From Cyanophora paradoxa CCMP329 (taxonomy: Eukaryota > Plantae > Glaucophyta): a stretch of DNA of 64,000 nt. Under the pieces are notes generated by a model that saw nothing but the letters and a program-made list of their open reading frames with translations, searched no databases and had not been told where the DNA came from. A program made the position numbers and the translations under genes. Below are positions 9,969-21,553 of this stretch, piece by piece. Within the stretch, counting starts at the first letter, position 1; each line of letters opens with the position of its first letter. The DNA is taken from positions 492,025 through 556,024 of the forward strand of contig QPMI01000520.1 in the NCBI GenBank assembly GCA_004431415.1. The letters are read 5' to 3'.

Positions 9969-11247
9969 TTAGAAGAACGGATTATTTTTTACAGCCACCC
10001 CGCTCAACGCATTCGTTAAATTGCCGCAATGCGGGTAGTCCTCATATAGCATTTTCGCGAATCCCTTATTAACAATGCGCTGTAAATCGTCGTCGGGCTC
10101 ATCCACTCCCATAGTAATTTCCAAAATGAATGTGTGCTCGCAGCTTCCGAGGAAATACCTATAACCGCTCTCCGTGAGAATTTGAACGGTTAAACTATCA
10201 AAGGAGAGGCGGGTGTTAAAGTATTTCGTGAAAGCATCCGCCCCATAATTAATTAGCTCAGCATCGCATAGGCTGTGCCTTTCGAAATCGGGATCTTAGC
10301 GAGGAATCCATTAGTAGCCTCGGTGCATGTCGTAAAAAGCGAGCAGTCCGGCTCTGTGATCTTTAAAACTATTGCATTATCCGGTGTATAATCGGGGCAG
10401 TGCCTCCGGCTATGCCTAAGACCAGAGCCGTCGAATTATAATTGCGGAATGCATCACCAGCTGAGTAAACGACACCGCTCCCAGCGAAGGCTGTGTAGCC
10501 CGATCCGTTGTATTGATCTATCATTATATTCTCTCTGATCGATGTAAACCCGAGAAGAGTCATCGTGCGATAGGCGAGCACCTTTCTTTCATTCGCAGTA
10601 GACCCAGTGGCATTACTCGGACCATATTTCGTGAAAGCTATGTAGACATAATCACTCGAATAAAAGCATATAGCATTTAATGTGCTCTCAAAACGACATC
10701 TCACCACCGGGTAAAAGGTTCCTCCTGTCGATGCGTAGCTTGGATTAATTTTTGTGTCGATCATATCCTTGATGTAGTTGCCAGTTCCATTTTTCGTTAA
10801 GATGTTATCGATTGCAGTGGCAAGGTCGGTTCCAGTCGAGTATGTGCCCGGAGGGATCGTAATTGCTACGTCTCTGTATCGGGTATATCTTCTGAAAGTG
10901 TTTAGGTAATCAGGCGGTATATAGTTGCCTTGGTCGCCAGCATCTATGGCTTTGTAAGCGTCATATATTGCAGTTGCTGTGTATCTCTATTTCCAGTGGC
11001 ACCATTGAGCTGTCCACTCGAAAATCGGTAAGGAAATGATATGAAAATCGTATTAGCATCATCGGCTTTCGTTCCCCGATTCAGTATAGAATTGAGGGCT
11101 TGGAACCGTCGGAATCGTGTTGGAAAATTCGATCTGTCGCACAGCGATGCTCTTCACATTGTGGTATTGCTTTGGAAGGGTCACCTTATAGGAATGAGCC
11201 GAGCCCTCTGATCGATCACGGCTACTGATGCTGAGATACTCGCGCAT
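9969..11247 (-). pseudogene. Minor capsid protein (penton-like) 1, frameshifted as assembled
   Basis: N-term MREYLSISSRDRS..YKVTLPKQYHNVKSIAVRQIEFSN; later FLAKIPI; C-term KYFNTRLSFDSLTVQILTESG..EHTFILEIT; stop 9969-9971. Needs several frame changes. Confidence 0.75.
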
Positions 11248-11274
11248 TTTATTCTTTATTAATAGGAAATAAAA

Positions 11275-12234
11275 ATGATTCGGAAGCCAGTTAACGATTT
11301 CTATAATGGCAAGTTTACGAGGGTCAATGTTAATATCGATTCTATTGAGCGCAGTGCAGGGCACCCGGGAGAATATACAGTAAAGCTTTCTCAGCGACTT
11401 CTGAACGTAAAAGGGGTGCGCATTGCGAGCGCCGAGCTCCCAAACACGATTTATGCTGTCACCGATAATTCCAGAGGCGTGACCATACAGGGAATGACAA
11501 CAGCATCACCTTTTCCCCTTTCCCTGAATAGGAACTACACCCAGCGATTTGGGGATATGGTAATAAGAACTTAGGCTATTCGGGCGGTTTTATGATTTAA
11601 CCCTCTAAAGAAAGCGTCACAGTCTACTACAAGTGGCTCTATAATCCAGCGACTATGAAAATTACGTTTTATTCGAGCATTCCCTCACACTGAGCTGTGC
11701 ACATGACGACTTCGCAAGGTTCCATGGAATGATCAAAGGGGATATTATCAAACAATTCCAGTTGGTGAGGGTTCAGAGCATCTCACGGTAGACTATTTAC
11801 CCCTCACACCCAGCAATCCAAAATACTCATTTCTACAAGCCTATGAGGGCAAAACAAAATACCCCGCCGGAATATCTGTGCTTCCATTCCCTCTCGAACA
11901 TGCAGTGACCTTCCCAAATGCGATTAATCTAAATCCGACCCCCTATGTTTACCTACAAATTAAAGAGTTTACTCCCTTTTACGACAGTATATGGTAGCAG
12001 CAAAGACAGATGAGGGCGGAAATGCAACCTCGCTAAGATCCACTAACCAGCCCCTTGGGATCGTTTGTTTACTACCTGACATTCCGCAGAATCGATACTG
12101 TGGAGTTCTTTAATTCCCACGATCAGGCTTATGATATAGACACCCTCACAATTAAATGGCTCGATGCCTACAATAATGTAGTCGACTTTAATGGCGTTAA
12201 TCACAGCTTTATATTAGAGGTGCTATCGGGTTAA
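11275..12234 (+). pseudogene. Minor capsid protein (penton-like) 2, frameshifted as assembled
   Basis: N-term VNIDSIERS..YTVKLSQRLLNVKGVRIASAELPNTIY; C-term IDTLTIKWLDAYNNVVDFNGVNHSFILEV; stop 12232-12234. Middle interrupted by indels. Confidence 0.78.
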
Positions 12235-14728
12235 AATAATCTTATATTACAAATGAGTATCACGAATCTCCCCTTTATCACTCGGGAAACCTTGTATTTG
12301 GATGACGGTTTCGAGCTCAGCAGTAACATTACCGCTTCCAATGTGACCATATCTTCGAACCTTGTGGTAAAAGACTTTCTATTAAATCAGAGCAACCTTG
12401 AATATATTGATATCACCAGCAATCTCCCTTTTACCTATGGCACTGATAACTCAGCCCTCGTTATCTATCATGGGGGCTCACCTGTTGCATTCTTTGGCAG
12501 CAATTTCCCCACTGTGCGAACCTTCCAGCACGAAATCAATAAAGCCCGCCCCATCCCACTGACAGCTGTCGTCGAATGGGATCCTGTTGAATATTCGCAG
12601 AGCATCACAAGCAATATCACCCTCACTCGACCGCATTTAATTGATGTCATGGGGGTCGACCTTGTAAAGGAGTTTTATAGTGAGCGATTCACCAGAAATG
12701 AGCGAGATGCAGCCCAGGATCTCGAAATCTCGGGTTTATCAATTGCTACCGCAGCAAACACGGCAGGGCTCGCTGTTTTAACAGGGCTATCACCATCACT
12801 GATGCGATCATGTATTTATCCCGCGATTTGGTGCCTTTGCTCGATCATCAGTTTAATCTCGGGCAATCTAACACTGATGCTGTTAAGAAATGGCTCAATG
12901 TGTATGCCTATGATGGGTGGTTTGATGACTTGCACACGACTAACCTTTATAGCACGACCTCAAAAACAAGTAACATAATCTTGCCTTTCAATCACTCAGT
13001 CCGACCCAGTGATTTACCCACTGATGAGAGAGCTCTGATCAGCTATAACGACTTTAACAGCAATCTTTCCCGCTCAGTTTCGCGGACTGAGACCTACACT
13101 GTCGAGGGATACCCTCAGCAGCTCGCAAATGGGGTCTTTGTCGCTTATGTAGGCAAACCTACATATACATTCACTTGGGATCAGTTGGGTGTCACAGGTT
13201 TCGAGACGACTATACCCACTGTTTCATTGGTGGATCACACTACTTATTATAATCCTATCTATAACAATAATGAATCGAATAAAGCATTTATCCAAAATGT
13301 CACCTCCACAGGGTTTCAGGTTTCGTTTGTCATTAACGAGACATACAATTTACTTATCATCCGAAACAACTCATTGAGTTCCGAAGCTACTATTAGTTTC
13401 ACTCTTAACATCAATTACATTAGCCCTGTATTCGATAGCAAACCCAGAGTAAAGGTTTACCGAGATTTACAAGGTAGCAATATCGTGCCCTTCTCACAGA
13501 ATTTCGATCTTGGGGCGAATTCTTTAAGGTGGAACACAGTTTACTCTTTGAGTGCAAACACCTGTAATATTGTGGTCGCAGGATCATCGGCTACTATTGG
13601 AGAATGACCGCCCCTTTTAGAAAGGAGTTTCTCAGAGAACTGTATATAACAAGTCTGATTTACCAGATGCTATTTCGTTGGTGCTCTCCCCAACTCCCAG
13701 CATCTCATACACAATGTGAAAGACACAGTAATGTAGTGCGGAGTGGAAGCAAAGTATTCCAGGCATCCGAGATATCAGCAACAACATATAGATATCTTGC
13801 AGGGTTCCAGCGAATTTTAATTTCACATTTGAGACACCATTTGTTTCCCCTCCTACTATTGAAATAACAGACACGAATTTGTATGTGTCAATGATGGGTC
13901 AGCTACTCACTTCAAAATGCACCAGCCGGCTACTCCCCATTTGTTGCAACTAACATAACAACCACCGGCTTTACACTTGTAGGAAATGCAACAGTGACAT
14001 ATGCTCTGACATCATACCTGTTGGGTTGTATTTTTCGAAATTTAATCTCTCTGTTATCCCAGCAGTGTCCCTTGCTCCTCCCTTTACTATCAGTTGGAAG
14101 GCAACAGGAACTATTCCGCGATTTGACCCCGAAGATCGATTAAAATAAGGTATCCTCTCGATGTTACAGACATTCACACTACGAGATCAATGGGCAGAAT
14201 TTCGTGTTTAATGGAACCAATGCGACTTTGATCGATAATAGAGTCACAAATAATTACTTTTTCGATTCTCGATATATTAATACTTGCAACATTGTCATAC
14301 AGAAAACGTTTGAGATCGCAGTAAGACCTTAACAGTCACCTTGCCCACTCACTCGAATGTCTCAGATGGATTTCACTATTATCTTTTCAATCGTAATTAC
14401 ACCTCATATATTCCATATCCTTCTGAGACTGTCAACATGAGCTATCCCAGAGTCACCCTAACATCGACCAATGCTGACTTCTTTGGATCCACGGACTTTA
14501 TGACCTTCTTTGCTTTCACATCGTCCACAGATGGTCTCTTAGTTTATTACACTTTCAGATATGATGCTGTTTGGACTCAGCTTGACAGCCACCCAAATAC
14601 AGATGTAATCGAAGTGGGCGATAAGAAATATATTAAAACCGCTTCCCCATGGGTGTGCACTGTCCGGCTCGATGATAGATACACTCCCAACCTAAATAGC
14701 ATCGGAATGCACTCGACTTGCAATATTT

Positions 14729-15562
14729 ATGTGCAAGGTGCAATTTCGGCTACCAAATATTTCGAGGGTGGAAACTGTGATGCAGCCCACAGGTTACTAT
14801 CGAGAAATGGATTCTTTGAGTCATTCAGTGGGACGCTCTACCTCCTTTATTAGGGACACAGTCTATGATACACATGCAATATTTGGGTGTGCGATCTGTG
14901 AGCAATCCGCCTGTAACAAGGAATTATATAAATATCTGTCAGATACCTATGGTGCAATCTCAGGATCCTCCACAGGAAATCCAGCGACGGCTCCCATCGT
15001 GTTTGCAAATGCATACACAGCGCCGACATCATTAGCAGGGTCGACAGAGCCGCCACCAAACGATCCCAATCCGAACCAGCCTAACCCAGATCCCGATTCA
15101 AAAGATCCCCCTACAACTGATCCAGATCCAAACACACCACCTAATAATCCCACAAATCCTACTAATCCAGTCGGAGCACCGGGAACTGATCCAGGAACGT
15201 TAGTGCTTATGATTCTCTTGCCTATTCTTGGTGCTCTTGGGCTTGTGCTTGCATACAAATTCCGAGCTTTGTGTTGTGCTTGCTTAGATAGAACCATTGC
15301 AGGAGCAGGTAATAAATACTCAACACCAGAGCTTAATGTGACCCAAACAGCCGAAGGAGATGTGGGCTTAGAGGTGAGATCAGCCGAGGGGCATGGTCTT
15401 AGTGTTGTGAGGACTGACCGACCACCAGCAAATAGGGCAGCACCCAAAAAATCACGAGCACAAGAATTGGCAGAGCAAACGATGAACAATGATAGAGACT
15501 TTATGGCGGAAATGGCACAGCGAGAAGGGAGAATATATGAACATGTTCCAAACGTTATGTAA
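14729..15562 (+). CDS. Pro/Asn-rich single-pass membrane protein segment within the fibre region
   Basis: PNDPNPNQPNPDPD linker, hydrophobic LVLMILLPILGALGLVLAY, then KFRALCCAC and a charged tail. Confidence 0.55.
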   Translation: MCKVQFRLPNISRVETVMQPTGYYREMDSLSHSVGRSTSFIRDTVYDTHAIFGCAICEQSACNKELYKYLSDTYGAISGSSTGNPATAPIVFANAYTAPTSLAGSTEPPPNDPNPNQPNPDPDSKDPPTTDPDPNTPPNNPTNPTNPVGAPGTDPGTLVLMILLPILGALGLVLAYKFRALCCACLDRTIAGAGNKYSTPELNVTQTAEGDVGLEVRSAEGHGLSVVRTDRPPANRAAPKKSRAQELAEQTMNNDRDFMAEMAQREGRIYEHVPNVM

Positions 15563-16042
15563 CAACCTTAATTTTTGTAGTATTCCATAATAGAGTATAA
15601 TGACTGAACCCATAGTAGAAACGACAATAAAGAATGCGGTATTGGATAATAATTTTATATAACCCATGCCAATATACCCAGTGAATCCAATGACCTGATA
15701 GTAGATCTAAAAGGTATGTGATGGGAGCTATGGCTTCCAATCTGTGGAATGACATTTTTGGTTACGAGTTTGGTCACATATATGACATAGCAAATGGGAT
15801 TGGCTATGTGGATGCAATGGCAGGAACAGCCTTTCGAAATCTTAATTGCAACTGTGTGGGAGGGTGGATGTTTCAGATCTGTTCAAATGTCGATCCTACT
15901 ATTGATCCAGCTACTGTGACCTTTGATTGCAATCTATTCGCCCCTAAAACCATTTTCTCCATCACTTGCAACCTTGTATGTTCAGATGTGCCCATTGTAG
16001 CACCTGTAATAGGTGCATCAAATATGTATATCCAAAGAAATC

Positions 16043-18505
16043 CGGTCGTGCATACAGGAGCTGAATTTATATTGGGCGACAACACCCCAATTAGTCGAAT
16101 CGAACTACCCAATTCTCACAAGCATTTGTGGGAACATATCACCAATGCCCCATTTACCTATCCGCCCAGTTCTCACGAGCATTTGTGGGAGCATATCACC
16201 AATCGACCATTAACCTTCCCACCTGATCCACACACTCATGATTATTTGTCTCTCAAAGGTGGTGTTATTTCATCTAATCTTACAATTTCATCAAACCTTA
16301 CAGTTACAAGTAACATTTATGCCAGTAACATTTATGCCAGTAACATTTATGGCAGTAACCTATGGGCAAGTAATATTAATGGAAGTAATGTAATAGTCGA
16401 TTATCTCACTGTGAAGATTGAAGCAAACCTACCAAATCATCCGACATCGAATGTTGTTTTAGATTGGTTAGCAAAGCAAAAACACACAAAAGCAGATATT
16501 ACAGATTTTGCACACACTCACACAAAAGATCAAATAACAGATTTCGCCCACACTCATTTATGGGAGCATATCACGAATCCGCCATCGACCTTCCCACCTG
16601 GAAAACACACATGATTACTCAGAGATAACTAATAGTAACCACAGGCACCCATGGGAGGAAATAGATGAGAACCACGTTTTGCATCGACAGGTGATTTAGT
16701 AAATGGTGACGATTTTATGGGTTAGTTTCTATCAGAGTGACACCATTCCTGAAAGATTACATTAAGTGAATACTATTTACACCGAAAAGGAATTGAAGCA
16801 GGCACACAATGGAGGAGAGCTATATGTTAAACAACCCACAAGAACAACATTAGTAGCAGCTGGTGGCGATGCATTAATAGACACCAACAGTATATTTTTA
16901 ACAAGTTATATAATGCGGATATCCAGTTACAGCAGGTTTACCACGCTTCATCTGATCAGCAACTTATGATGACAAGACGCCATTTACAAGTGAATGTAAC
17001 AGATGTAAGCGCAACGATGGTTCACGTCCGAAAATTATATTTAGTCGCTCGAAATTCAATTACATCCACTTGTGGGACAACCATACGATGATCACGGAAA
17101 ATGCGAGATGGCGTGGATTAAAACAACAACAGGTGGCGCCTTAGAAGTCAATCAGAGAATGGCGGCTAAAAACTTACACAATACAACCCTTTCAGGTGTG
17201 GTAACAGATGATTACCTCGAAAGTAAAAACTATGTAGACGATACAGAACTTGCAGCAATTCTTGAAGATTATGTACAGATACAGAATTAACGTCGGCTCT
17301 TGGGATTATTTACCCTTACAGGCGGGACTCTCACAGGTGATGTGCATGCTCCGAATTTCTATGTGGACACTCCAAATGATCAAACATTTCCTGTTGTCCA
17401 CCTTGGTGCTGAATATGTTTTAGATCCAAACACCCCATTTAGTCGTCTTGAATTACCCAATGTTCACAAGCATTTTTGGGAGCATATTGTCAATCCCCCA
17501 TCGACCTATCCACCTGATTCACACGATCATGATTATTTACCACTAACAGGTGGAACAATTGCAGGTGATGTGCATGCTTCTAATTTCTTTGTTACTACTC
17601 CGAATGATCAAACATTTCCTGTTGTCCACCTTGGTGCTGAATATGTATTAGATCCAAACACTCCAATTAGTCGCATTGAATTACCCAATGTTCACAATGT
17701 TCGACCATTAACCTTCCCACCTGATCCACACACTCACACAAAGTCAGAGATTACAGATTTTTCACACACTCACACAAAGTCAGAAATAACAGATTTTGCC
17801 CATACCCACACAAAGTCTCAAATTACAGACTTCCCGACATTTGCGACTGTGGCAACAACTGGAAACTATGATGATCTGATAAATACACCAACATACACTT
17901 CACCAACTGATTTTGACGCTACAAGTGGTATTTCCACAGACCGCACAGGAGATTGGAGAGATTATTTTGGGCAACCACTTGTAGGTGACACAAGCACTTG
18001 GGCAAACACATGGATTGATGGTGATGATGATTGTAGTAGCTGTAAGATGTATTGGACTGTTCCAACAGACATGAAATCATGTTATATCTATTATACGTGT
18101 CAGTATGACAGTAGATACTTTGATGTTGTTGGAATTGAACCATCAAACAATACTTATACTCGTTTACGAGTAAATGCCTATGCTCCTGGAATTAATCCTG
18201 TAAGAGATTTTAAACAGTTTGTTGCAATAAATTGTGAAGGACTTGTTAAAGTTGGTGTTCATGGACAAATAGGAAGAATTTATCTTCCAGGTCCGATTAC
18301 TGTTGGTTGGAGCAAAAACCCGCTATATCGTCACACAGTGGTTTCCTCCATTGGAATAATATATACGGGAAGCCAACAGCTTCTACGACTGTCGGTCCTC
18401 ACTCTCATTTTAAAGCAGATATCACAGATTTCGCACATAGTCACACAAAGGCAAATATAACAGACTTCGCCCATACTCACACAAAATCGGAAATCACGGA
18501 TTTCC
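16043..18505 (+). repeat. Coding repeats in the fibre gene
   Basis: Three copies of PVVH.GAE..L..NTP.SR.ELPN.H (~16043, ~17390, ~17618; the last two 228 bp apart) and 33-bp HTHTKS.ITDF tandem units at ~16480, ~17727 and ~18404. Confidence 0.85.
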
Positions 18506-19103
18506 AACCTTAGACCCATTTGTAGCGAACACGATCACAGCAATAATACCATGTATGTGGGATCCGGTCAAATTTACCAACCAGATGCACCACTTTATTT
18601 AGAACAATGGTTTTTCCACAATTCCGCAAATATATACGATAAAACGTTATTATGTCGGGGAAATGCTTACGCAAGAGCATATTATGCAATGGATGAAACA
18701 GATAATACAAAGATCGCAAAACTTGTTTCAGAACAGCGTGTCAATAAAGACCAGTATATACAAACAGGGAAATTCTCAAAATCTTTGACAATCACAGGTC
18801 CGGGTCATTGGGGATTTCCACAGGTTGTCACATTCCCGAAAGCATTTGCGGAAGCCCCAGAAGTGGTTCTCAATCTGATACAAGGATATAATGGTGGTTC
18901 ATATGTATTGGTATATGGTGTCACAAGTTCCACAACAACAACATTTACTATTCATGCAACAATTTCGGCAAATAGAGAATACAATGAAAGCATTGGACTT
19001 TTCCACTATCAAATGAGTTATATAGCAACAGGGAAGATGGTAGCATAATATTCTCACGTAATAATAATAATATTCTCACGTAATAATAAAGAACAATCAA
19101 AAG

Positions 19104-20078
19104 ATGTCGACTGTGTTCACGCCTGTGTTTTCCTTATCAGCCAGTGCTGTCCATAACGTGCAACACACTGTATATGATCTAAACGAGTCATTTCCTTCGA
19201 CTGAGACAGCGAAAACCGATTCTTTCAATGAGACCTCCATACTCAGAGTCAAAGAACTCAGAGCCGACAAGGCTGGTGGAATCGTTAAAGCTACTCAAAT
19301 GATCGTATCGAATCGACCCGCAATATCTTCGGGGCTGGTCACCAAAGATAATCTATATGAAGGTCAAGCGGATTATAAAACAGCTTTTAATCCGGCTGAT
19401 AGGAAATCAGCGGCTTTTCAAGTAGTTAGTGGCGGGGCATGGATCGGGACTGGACTGAGTGTGAATGGAGCAATTACAGCAACAAGTGCAACAATTGGAT
19501 CCCTTACAGCTGGATCATTTGGGACTGTTAATACGACGACTATTGATTCGGGGGCGAACTCAGACTTACTCATTAAAAGGAATGGAACCACAATTGCTAC
19601 AATTGCTTCGAATGGTGTTTCACTACCTGCAAACATGTATTTGATCTCGCCAACAAATTGCAGATTCAGTGCATATGGCAATGGAAGCAATAAACACTTG
19701 CGAACACAACTTGGACATTTATTGACATATTCGGTGCTACATATGAGAATTATGAAACAATTTTAATACTACTACAAAAGCTTTGTTGCTCCTGTCACAG
19801 GAGTGTATATTTCAATATGACTTTTTGAAAGCATCAGGAAGCGCTGGATATATTACGGCGCACTATCAAAGAGCACGACAAACGCAACCATCCTTTATGA
19901 ATCATCGCGGTCTGGATATGATGGAAATAGTCTTGCTCTAAACAGCACGGTTTATGTAAAGGTCGATGCAAACACGACTGTCGCACCAGTGCTCTTTGTG
20001 AACTCTTCAAGTAGTTATACACTGAAAGGAACCGATTTTTATACAATATTCCAAGGAGCTTTACTTTATGCTGTATAG
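19104..20078 (+). pseudogene. Fibre protein with C-terminal C1q/TNF-like head, frameshifted as assembled
   Basis: After ORF 19104-19766, shifted frames give CRFSAY..., FNTTTKAFVAPVTGVY and terminal YTIFQGALLYAV* (TAG 20076-20078), which fit a C1q-like pattern. Confidence 0.65.
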
Positions 20079-20107
20079 ACTACAAAAAATATCTCACATA
20101 TAATTAA

Positions 20108-20368
20108 ATGGCGACTATAACTATTTCATTAACTTCAACAGAATTCAATGCTATGGAATATGCTGCTGTTTCGGCTCAGGAATGGACAGAAATTGCACTC
20201 AAAAACAAGGCGAGAATTGCGATTGATGAGATTGTGGACAAAGAAGTTAAATCGTGTATTGCCGCTGGAATTCCGCTTCCACTCACAAAGGAAGCGATTG
20301 TAGAGCAAGCGTTTGCAAGGGGGACTGTTCGAAAGGCAAGCGAAATTACTGTGAGTGCTCCTATGTAA
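20108..20368 (+). CDS. Small helical protein, possible fibre-associated chaperone
   Basis: Intact 86 aa (ITISLT.TEFNAMEYAA..QEW...NKARIAIDEIV). Resembles small proteins I recall next to C1q-type fibre genes in marine phages; not verified. Confidence 0.6.
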   Translation: MATITISLTSTEFNAMEYAAVSAQEWTEIALKNKARIAIDEIVDKEVKSCIAAGIPLPLTKEAIVEQAFARGTVRKASEITVSAPM

Positions 20369-20514
20369 AGAGAGAATGAGAGATGGGTTTATTGTAATTT
20401 TTCATAGATCATGCATAAGAAAGGCATGTATCTTGCATAGTGGGCGGGGCGCACTGTTTCACACTAAGGTCAATCGATTTTCATAGAGTCTCAGACTGAT
20501 AACAATAAGATAAA

Positions 20515-20787
20515 TAATAAACTACTTTATAATTAATAAAAACTACTTTAAACTACTCAACTACCTATGTTAAACTACGCAACTTAATACCGCAAACTAC
20601 GCATTTAATACCAAAACTACGCAACTACGCAAGTTTTTCACTTTTCTAATTTTTTTCCCCCCCTACTCTCAAATTTTTTCAGAAAGTTGCGTAGTTGCGT
20701 AGTTTTGGTATTAAATGTGTAGTTTTCGGTATTAAAAGCGATCAGATTGCGTAGTTTTCATGCGTAGTTACGTTAAATTGCGTAGTC
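20515..20787. repeat. Iteron palindrome, copy 2
   Basis: TTTAATACCAAAACTACGCAACTACGCAA...TTGCGTAGTTGCGTAGTTTTGGTATTAAA; same orientation and similar spacer to copy 1. Confidence 0.92.
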
Positions 20788-20949
20788 TCCGATTGCCCGC
20801 ATGCATTTAGGTGCGAGACTATTGTGTAGCCTATAAAACGGTCGTGTTTCAGTGCGAAACTATCGCGTAGCTTCCCTTTATAGCATGCCGGCGCTCTTTA
20901 AGTAGAGAAAGCATGGTATATATCATAGAATCATATTGATATTAATAAG

Positions 20950-21215
20950 AAACTACTTTATAATATATAAACTACTTGAAACTACTCAACTTACCATGAA
21001 AAACTACGCAATTCGAAACCAAAACTACGCAAACGAAACCAAAACTACGCAACTACGCAAGTTTTACACTTTTCTAAATTTTCCAGCCCCGAATTTCAAA
21101 CTTTTTCTGAAAGTTGCGTAGTTGCGTAGTTTTGGTATCTTTTCAGTAGTTCCCGGTATTAAATTGCGTAGTTTCTTTGAGTAGTTGCGATAAATTGCGT
21201 AGTTTCTGTGCGTAG
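20950..21215. repeat. Iteron palindrome, copy 3
   Basis: ACCAAAACTACGCAACTACGCAA...TTGCGTAGTTGCGTAGTTTTGGT; same orientation as copies 1 and 2. Confidence 0.92.
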
Positions 21216-21553
21216 CCGCTCGATCTCGATGCGAAACTCATACATTTACATGCGAAACTGATGCTCTCGATGCGCGCGAACGTTCCATGCAGCACATGGT
21301 AGTTGTTTTTGATGAAACGGCGCGTGATCGTCGCTTTTGCATTAAAAATTCAGAACAACACACATATACAACGCCCGGCTTTTAGACTGAGGCAAGTTAT
21401 AATTAAACTAAGTTGAGTCACACCTAAACTATAATGAATCTCACGAGATATATAAGTCTACTCATCGAGAATATAGCTAAACTTCACATAAACTATACAT
21501 ATTTCACATATTTTATTAAAAAGAAGCTATAACCCACGATAATGCGTAATATC

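Larger units (their letters stand above)
12253..19048 (+). pseudogene. Large fibre/adhesin gene or genes with phage-tail-fibre-like modules, fragmented by indels
   Basis: Consecutive + ORFs containing SNITASNVTISSNL/SNIYA repeats, IVP..FDLG..RWNTVY motifs, HTHTKSEITDF repeats, YLPLTGGT.GD, FATVATTGNYDDLINTP and H-type-lectin-like domains (VTFPKAFAEAPEVVL..TTTTFTI). Number of real genes is uncertain. Confidence 0.75.
5681..20107. promoter_or_regulatory. Recurrent WWWTCTYR motif upstream of viral ATGs (span of occurrences)
   Basis: Sense-strand TTTCTTGC (start 5660), TTTCTCAG (6064, 9935), TTTCTCGC (7500), TTTCTTAT (8435), ATCTTAT (12253), TTCTCAC twice (19104) and ATCTCAC (20108), each in AT-rich context ~8-30 nt before the ATG. 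Confidence 0.55.

Noticed and set aside
3231-10019. Plus-strand ORFs overlapping the helicase, ATPase and MCP genes
   Set aside because: They are antisense shadows of well-supported minus-strand genes.
16043-17730. Diversity-generating retroelement TR/VR pair in the fibre repeats
   Set aside because: Differences are not adenine-specific, the copies are in-frame coding repeats, and no reverse transcriptase is seen.
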